NCBI RefSeq assembly: GCF_032191835.1
Contig: NC_083236.1
Location: forward strand, 18,848,001 to 18,912,000
Source of the DNA: Heteronotia binoei
Lineage: Eukaryota
Reading direction: 5' to 3'
DNA: 64,000 bases
A program made the translations under genes and the position numbers. This document shows, piece by piece, positions 57,855 to 64,000 of this stretch (within the stretch, counting starts at the first letter, position 1; every line of letters starts with the position of its first letter). The notes beneath the pieces were generated by a model that worked only from the letters and a program-made list of their open reading frames with translations, was not told where the DNA came from and did not search any database.

Positions 57855-58762
57855 TTTGGAACTCTGTTCTGCTGTAGAAAAAAGTAGTAGACAAGTTTCA
57901 CCTTTAAGACCAACTAAGCTTTATTCAGAATGTAAGCTTTTGTATGCTCTAAGCAGACTTCATCAGACAAAATTGGAATGATATTTCTCTTTAAATATAG
58001 AGAAAGTGGGCAGTGAGTTGGTATGTAGAGTCATGGGAATGTTTTTAACAGATTAAAATAATCACAAATTGGGGTCTGTGTTTGTTTGTTAGTATTGTTA
58101 ACTGGGTTGTAACAACAGTGGAGGGTGATAAAAAGCAGACATGTCATAGGTGTGAAGTGCCATAAATCTGAGTGTCATTCTGGCTTCGTTAGTTGTGGGT
58201 TTAAATGGAGGACATTAGTATCTCAAGAGGTTATAACATCATTGTAGTTTGCCATTAGATAAAAGGGTACATTAAAATATAGTGGGAGGTGGGTTAGTAT
58301 ATGTAATGAGATAAACAGCCCATATCCCTTATTTGAGTATATCAGTACAAAAAATCAAATTATTCTGATACACTGTTCTAAAAGAGAAATACATTCTAGT
58401 TTGCCATTAGAAAAAAGGGTACATTAAAATATAGTGGGAGGTGGGTTAGTATATGTTATGAGATAAAAAGGCCATATCCCTTATTTGAGTATATCAATGC
58501 AAAAAAACAACATTAATCTGATACACTGTTCTAAAAGAGAAATACATTGGAATACTGTGGATGTACAGCTATACTCAGTGAGAGTTGGTTTAGCATATGT
58601 AATGAGATAAAAAAAACCAATATCCCTGTTCAGTCCTGGGGAGGTGTTTGTCCCAAGTTTCATAATAATTCGTAATTCAGCAATTTCTCTCTCCATTCTG
58701 TTCTCGAAGTTCCTTTGCAGTAAAACAGCTACTTTAGGTCACCCATTGAATGCTCAGGTTCT
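57855..58762 (-). mobile_element. Penelope-like retroelement 3' part (GIY-YIG C-terminus plus pseudo-LTR)
   Basis: HSMGDLK/VAVLLQRNFENRMEREIAELRIIMKLGT...GLNRDIGF at 58590-58762; end motif shared with the hairpins at 51600 and 62005. Confidence 0.8.
57931..57969 (-). ncRNA. Minimal type I hammerhead-ribozyme-like motif, mutated at G12
   Basis: UGU CUGAUGA A GUCUGC uuaga GCAUAC AAAA GCUU ACA. Confidence 0.6.
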
Positions 58763-59036
58763 GCTGTGTTCCCCCAGAAAAAAACCCTGGACTTACTCCC
58801 ATGAAAGTGTTCTTAGGATTGCACTGTTATTCTTCTAAATTTCATAAATGTGCCAAACTAAATTATAAATGATGCCTTTTATGTTGTTAAACCTGTAAAT
58901 GAAATTGTTTGCTAGCAAAATATTGCATACATTTTTCTAAAATTCTCTCCCTGCCGCCAGAAAATCAAGGGAGGAATTGTTTTTTTTCCCCCATGGCCTC
59001 AAAATATCTGGAAATTTTCCTTCTCTTTACTTTCAG

Positions 59037-59154
59037 AGACTGCAGAGAGAGTGCTGTTGTAACAAAAGTATTTGTGGTAGACTTTGTAACACCAAACATA
59101 TATCCACCTGATGGAGAGGATGATAAACATTTATTGGAAAATCTCTCTGGACAG
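59037..59154 (+). CDS. DZANK1: DZANK1 coding exon 3 (DCRESAVVTKVFVVDF...NLSGQ), GC donor
   Basis: Matches human DCRQSGIVTKVFHVDY; CAG|GCAAGT donor in phase 0. Confidence 0.92.
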
Positions 59155-61077
59155 GCAAGTTATTCCAAATTGTAAAGTCAACAGACAGACAAATGTTTTA
59201 AAGATGATACTAAATAGTAATAAATAAGCTAGTGTTAGAGTTGCATATTTTTTAAAAAAAAAATCTTTTGTTGCTGCTGTGGAAAGGCATTAGTAGCTCT
59301 CAAGAGGAAAATGGTAGCTCTCAAGAGGAAAAAATCAAAGCAGTGGTAGAGGAGTTACAAAGCATTGCAATGGTAATACAGTTATATAAATAAGTTACTG
59401 TAAAAATGTGACCATTATTAAAAATTGCTGACCAATATCTTAAAGTAGTTAAAAATAAGTTATTGGCTCTCTTATGCAGTGAGTTTGAGATTAAATGAAT
59501 CTTACATTCTTTTTGCAATCTAATATATAAGGTCCGTACAACTTGTATATCATCAGCCATCTAATTCTTATTTACTTTTTGTGGTCTTTGTAAATCACAT
59601 TGGTCAGAATTGCATCTGCCTAGAGCTATGCTTTAAAAACCTCTAGTACTAGCTTTTAAGTGCAAAAATCTTAACCCTTCAGAGACGCAGTTTGAGACTG
59701 CACAGGCCCAAAGGTGGAAATCACACCTTCCTACTCCGTTCCTTTTCATCCACCACAAATGCAACTGCATCAGAGGGATATCTCTTGCTGAGCAGCTATC
59801 TAAGCCCAAACTTTATAAGGCACTATGCCCTAGACATCAGAGCCAGAACTAATCCATCCTTCAGCCAACCTGTCCTCAACTCAGTTTTTTCCTTAGAGCC
59901 TCCAGGTGAGTCGGCTTTAGACTGTATCCATCAGTGTGAGTCACAAAGGCCAAGAAGAAATTAAGATCAGGCTTCTCATTTGCTGTTTCTGTTTTGTTTT
60001 TTAGTGGTCAATTGTGCATTCACCTTCCCACAACTGTTATTTTTTTCTTGTTTTGGCATACTCTTACAGGTTTTGGAAGGAACAGTGCAGTAAGTCATGA
60101 TCCTTTTTGTCATGTGCAGTAAGAAGCTTTATCTTTGAGAGGAAGAGCTCTTCATGCCTAAAAGCTAGCTCTAGAGCTTCCTGAATCATAGCTCTGTACA
60201 GGTGCAAAGCCCATGAATATGATACACAGATGACCACTCAGAGAACAAATAAGCAAGCTGGTTTTAAACTTACACAAATTGGTGTGTGTGTCAGTGCCTG
60301 TGTAATGTGATACACCCACAAAATGCATTTCAGATGGTCTTCATTTCAACTGGAGAATGTCACAAGTTTCATAGACCTTCTGTGAAGCATTTCTAACTGA
60401 AGTGAGCAAATATGTTGACAGTACATTGAACTATTGAACAGGATTCCTGAGCCTTTAAAGAGGTTTCAACACATTTATATTAACAGAGAGTACACTATAC
60501 ATCAAAGAATCCATGGCTGTCTCATTATAAATCATTCCACTCTTTGTACAAAGGGTTAGCTGTCAGAGATACAAGAGGCCTGCAAGGGATGCCCTGAATA
60601 ATAAGTTCTGATTAAATTTTAAGTATGCATTTTTCTCTGAGAGGAAGAAAAGAGCAACCCACTAAACAATGTTTCGGAAATCAAAAAGGATGAAATTGTG
60701 GGATTTTTCTATGGCATAGATTGTTCCTGAATCATATCAGGATTAAATGGAATACACAAAAGTCTCTTGTCTCAGCTTTACCTTTTTGCCATACATAAAT
60801 GTCAGATGTCGTGGCAATATATGCCAAAAGATGAAGCTTTGTTTTTCCCTAGTATAACACAAATGATGCATGTGTCACCATAAGCATATTGACATGTGCT
60901 ACCAAGAGTACATACACTTCTTGCTACCTGCTTCCCATTCCCTTGTAGTTCCATCACAATGCTTAATAAGTATGCTTGTAAAGATACCTGGAATGGTTAG
61001 AGAATGTTCAAGAAGCAATAGTCAGTATTCTTGAAACAATCATGTCAGATTATAGATCAGAATCTTTCCCCCCACAG

Positions 61078-61165
61078 GATATGGAAAATGGATTATCTAA
61101 TTCAAGACTGGAAAAGAATGTGAATAAGGAAACCAAATGGAATGGTGTAGCTCAGGAATATCAAG
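61078..61165 (+). CDS. DZANK1: DZANK1 coding exon 4 (DMENGLSNSRLEKNVNKETKWNGVAQEYQ)
   Basis: ccccacag| and AAG|gtaatg; phase 0->1; resembles human EFKNG...SWN. Confidence 0.82.
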
Positions 61166-61609
61166 GTAATGTATGTTAAAAGCAGAGCAAATAAAACTAA
61201 AAACAGCTGTTAAAAGAATTTTCACTGTCCTGTGGTGATGAATCCTACAGAAATCTTGAAAGGACAATTATTCTTCTTAGCTTCTTTGTAACTATTCAGT
61301 TTATGCCTAAAACCATTATGATAATTCCCTGAACGGATTTGGTTCTGTGATCTATCAAAGTCTTTTTTGTACTAATCTTGGGTTGCCCCTTTAATAACAA
61401 ATTCTTGGGGGGGAAAGCAGGCTGGGGTGGCCTGGGACATTCCCCTCTATGTTTAATAGCAGGGAGCAGGGGAGAAATAGGATAGCAGAACATACTCTTG
61501 ATCCCATCATGGGTGGAAGTGAGACTGGGAAAGTATCACCCAAACAGTTTCTAGGATTGTGAATTTAGGAGACTTACTTTGGAATACTGGCTTGGTAATA
61601 TCATATGTT

Positions 61610-61830
61610 GCCCTGACCTGGATGGTCCAGGATAGCTGGATCTCATCCAGTCTCTCCAGCTATACAGGGTTGGCCCTGGCTAGGACTTGGATGAGACACC
61701 ACCAATGAAATCTGAGGTTGCTATGCAGAAGAAGGCAATGGCAAACCATCTCTGAATGTCTCTTGCCTTGAAAACTCTTTGGGGTTACCATAAGCGTGCT
61801 GCAGCTTAATGGCACTTTCCACCATCAATG
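61610..61830 (+). mobile_element. 5S-derived SINE, older copy
   Basis: Similar to 37250-37462. Confidence 0.7.
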
Positions 61831-61849
61831 TCATTATTATACAATAGAA

Positions 61850-62182
61850 CAGGGGTGGTCAATGGTAGCTCTCCAGATGTTTTTTTGCCTACAACTCCCA
61901 TCAGCCCCAGCCAGCATGGCCAATGGCTGGGGCTGATGGGAGTTGTAGGCAAAAAAACATCCGGAGAGCTACCGTTGGCCACCCGTGCAATAGAATAAAG
62001 TTAGAGTCCAGCAGCACCTTTAAGACCAACAATGTTTTATTCAAGGTATAAACGTTTGTGTGCACACACACATTTCTTCAGAAAGCTTATACCCTGAATA
62101 AAACTTTGTTGGTCTTAAAGGTGCTACTGGACTAACTTTGTTCCGTTGCTTCAGACCAACACGGCTGCCCACCTGGATCTAT
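61850..62182. mobile_element. Palindromic hAT MITE (61850-61987) next to a Penelope foldback (62005-62182)
   Basis: TSD caatagaa; inverted arms 62005-62051 / 62087-62133. Confidence 0.85.
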
Positions 62183-62248
62183 TATTATACCATGTTATTC
62201 AAAGTTCATAGTCATCATTGTGAAGATTAAACATGCATGCAATTTCAG

Positions 62249-62364
62249 GTGTGTCAAAAGAAAAAAGATCTACGCCCTCACTGTCTGTTGGGCAGCATCT
62301 ACTCAACTTGAACACTCCACGTGATAAAGAGGCCAGCCCTGCCACATTGATACCTGAGTCACAG
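62249..62364 (+). CDS. DZANK1: DZANK1 coding exon 5 (GVSKEKRSTPS...ATLIPESQ)
   Basis: tttcag| and CAG|gtaacc; phase 1->0; ends like human ...TRQSQ. Confidence 0.75.
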
Positions 62365-63552
62365 GTAACCAAAGCAATTAATTGGCTCAAATGCTAGAGG
62401 AGCAGGTTGAACATTTATGCCACCCTGCCTAAGAACATAGCACTAGAAACAAAAGTCAATTTTAGAGCTCTCCATTGTGCTAGACTGTGATCCAGTTCAG
62501 TACAAGTCCTGTGGCAGATCGTCATTCTTACTTGTGGTGCTTTTCACACATGTGTGACCCCTGTCGATGAGAATATGTGGAGGCCTTTATCGTCTTAACA
62601 CCAGCAACCCAAATATGAAAGGCTCTGGCAGGTCTCTTATCTTCCTGATAAATCTTGAAAGAAATCCACATGCACCACTTAGGATCTATGCTGTAGGTCT
62701 TGAGGGGATGTATCCATTGTTCATCAGTTGCATTAGATAGCAACCAAAGGTTGTGCCTTTTCAAGAGTGCCTCCTGTTCTATGGAATGGGCCCCCACAGA
62801 AAGAATCTGATTTCTTGTATTACATATGACCTTCTAGAGTGTTTTTCTGTTGTGATTTTGAGGTTTGTAAGCTGCTTATGGCAGAAAAAGATCGCACTTG
62901 AGATAGCTGGAAGCCAACATGGCAGGATTAGAAACATATAAGCAAGGACATGGATAATATGCTTGGGAACCTGAGCAACCAGACAGAGTGTCATAATTGA
63001 GACAGCCAAAAGCTCAGGAATGGAGTTGCTGAACTAGCTGATTGATGCATTAAGTACTAGTGAATAGAAAAATCCTCCCTTGGCTCATCGGCTTTCCCTG
63101 AGCTACTTCGTCTACTCATCCAGATGAGCACCTTATTCTCACCCTAATGTGTGTGGTGTCTTTAATGAGAATGCTACTGGCCACATAGGCAAAACAGGGC
63201 GGGCTGGGCAAGATCAAGCAACTAGTCTGTTTTTGTAGAAGGGCTAGAGTGCTGCTAGGTACCAATGATCTTCGCTTTCTTGCTGGATACTCTTGAGGTC
63301 TGTCTGTAGCATCTATTTAGGAACCCTCAAGATCCTTGTTCTACAACATTAGAACCGGTGGTATCTGGGACACATGAAAGCTTTTTTTCTGGAGGATGGC
63401 AATGAGACTGTATTTATGACCCAATTTCATAGTATATGCCAGGGGTGACCAAGCTGTTGCTTGAGAGCTCATATGCACACATATTGTATGGCTCCCAGAG
63501 ATCAAGGAGGAACTTAAAGCAGGCTTACTCTCAAGTAGCATTGGGACCTCAG

Positions 63553-63969
63553 TCAGCCTCTGATCGCAACCTGTAAAAAGCAAGCAACGTGAGTAGTGAC
63601 AAAGTTGTGTTTCCCGTGGAGTAAAAAACGAACCTTGGCATTGTCAGAAAGGCCTTGATGGTCAGAAAGCAGTGCATCTAGGTATCTTGCTCGTAGACTG
63701 CTATAAAAAGGGCAGTCCAAAAGAACATGAGGGACCATTTCGATGACTCCTTGACTACAAGGGCATCGTCTAAGATTGCAGGGGATTCTGTGGTATCTTC
63801 TGAAAAGGATGGCCGATGGTAATGCATTAAATCTAGCCAGCATGAATGCTCTTCTTTGGTGAGGATCAGTTAAAAAGAGGAAATAGGGAGCTAAAAGCCC
63901 AGGAATCTGGGATAAACCCAGATAGCTTGGGGAGCAGGTTTTCCGAGCTGCCTCAGTTAGACGTTGCAA
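63553..63969 (-). mobile_element. Non-LTR retrotransposon ORF2 C-terminus with CCHC knuckle (RTE-X-like)
   Basis: RRAFMLARFNALPSA...RRCPCSQGVIEMVPHVLLDCPFYSSLR. Confidence 0.7.
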
Positions 63970-64000
63970 CTGGATATCTAGTAGTCTACGTTTGATGGAT

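Overview
Eukaryotic, vertebrate DNA from a squamate reptile, most likely a gecko (inferred from its Squam3-like, Sauria and 5S-derived SINEs, CR1, BovB and Penelope repeats). Four spliced genes were rebuilt by hand with phase-consistent splice sites; all human comparisons are from memory, not a database search. (1) DELE1 (+): exons 3-5 and 7-12 found between 4309 and 18716; exon 1 not found, exons 2 and 6 uncertain. (2) PCDH12 (-): complete, 4 coding exons, 31500->21198, 1113 aa. (3) POLR3F (-): complete, 9 exons, 49967->36702, 310 aa. (4) DZANK1 (+): first five coding exons, 52137-62364, running off the window; it shares a CpG-rich bidirectional promoter with POLR3F. The DELE1-PCDH12 pair (human 5q31) sits directly next to POLR3F-DZANK1 (human 20p11), so a synteny break relative to human falls in the ~5 kb gap at 31.5-36.7 kb. 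Introns are packed with mobile elements, including many hAT MITEs with intact 8-bp TSDs, a deleted Harbinger element and Penelope remnants. One Penelope remnant holds a near-intact minimal hammerhead ribozyme. Almost all ORFs in the supplied track are spurious or repeat-derived. No CRISPR array, true tRNA or true rRNA gene was found.
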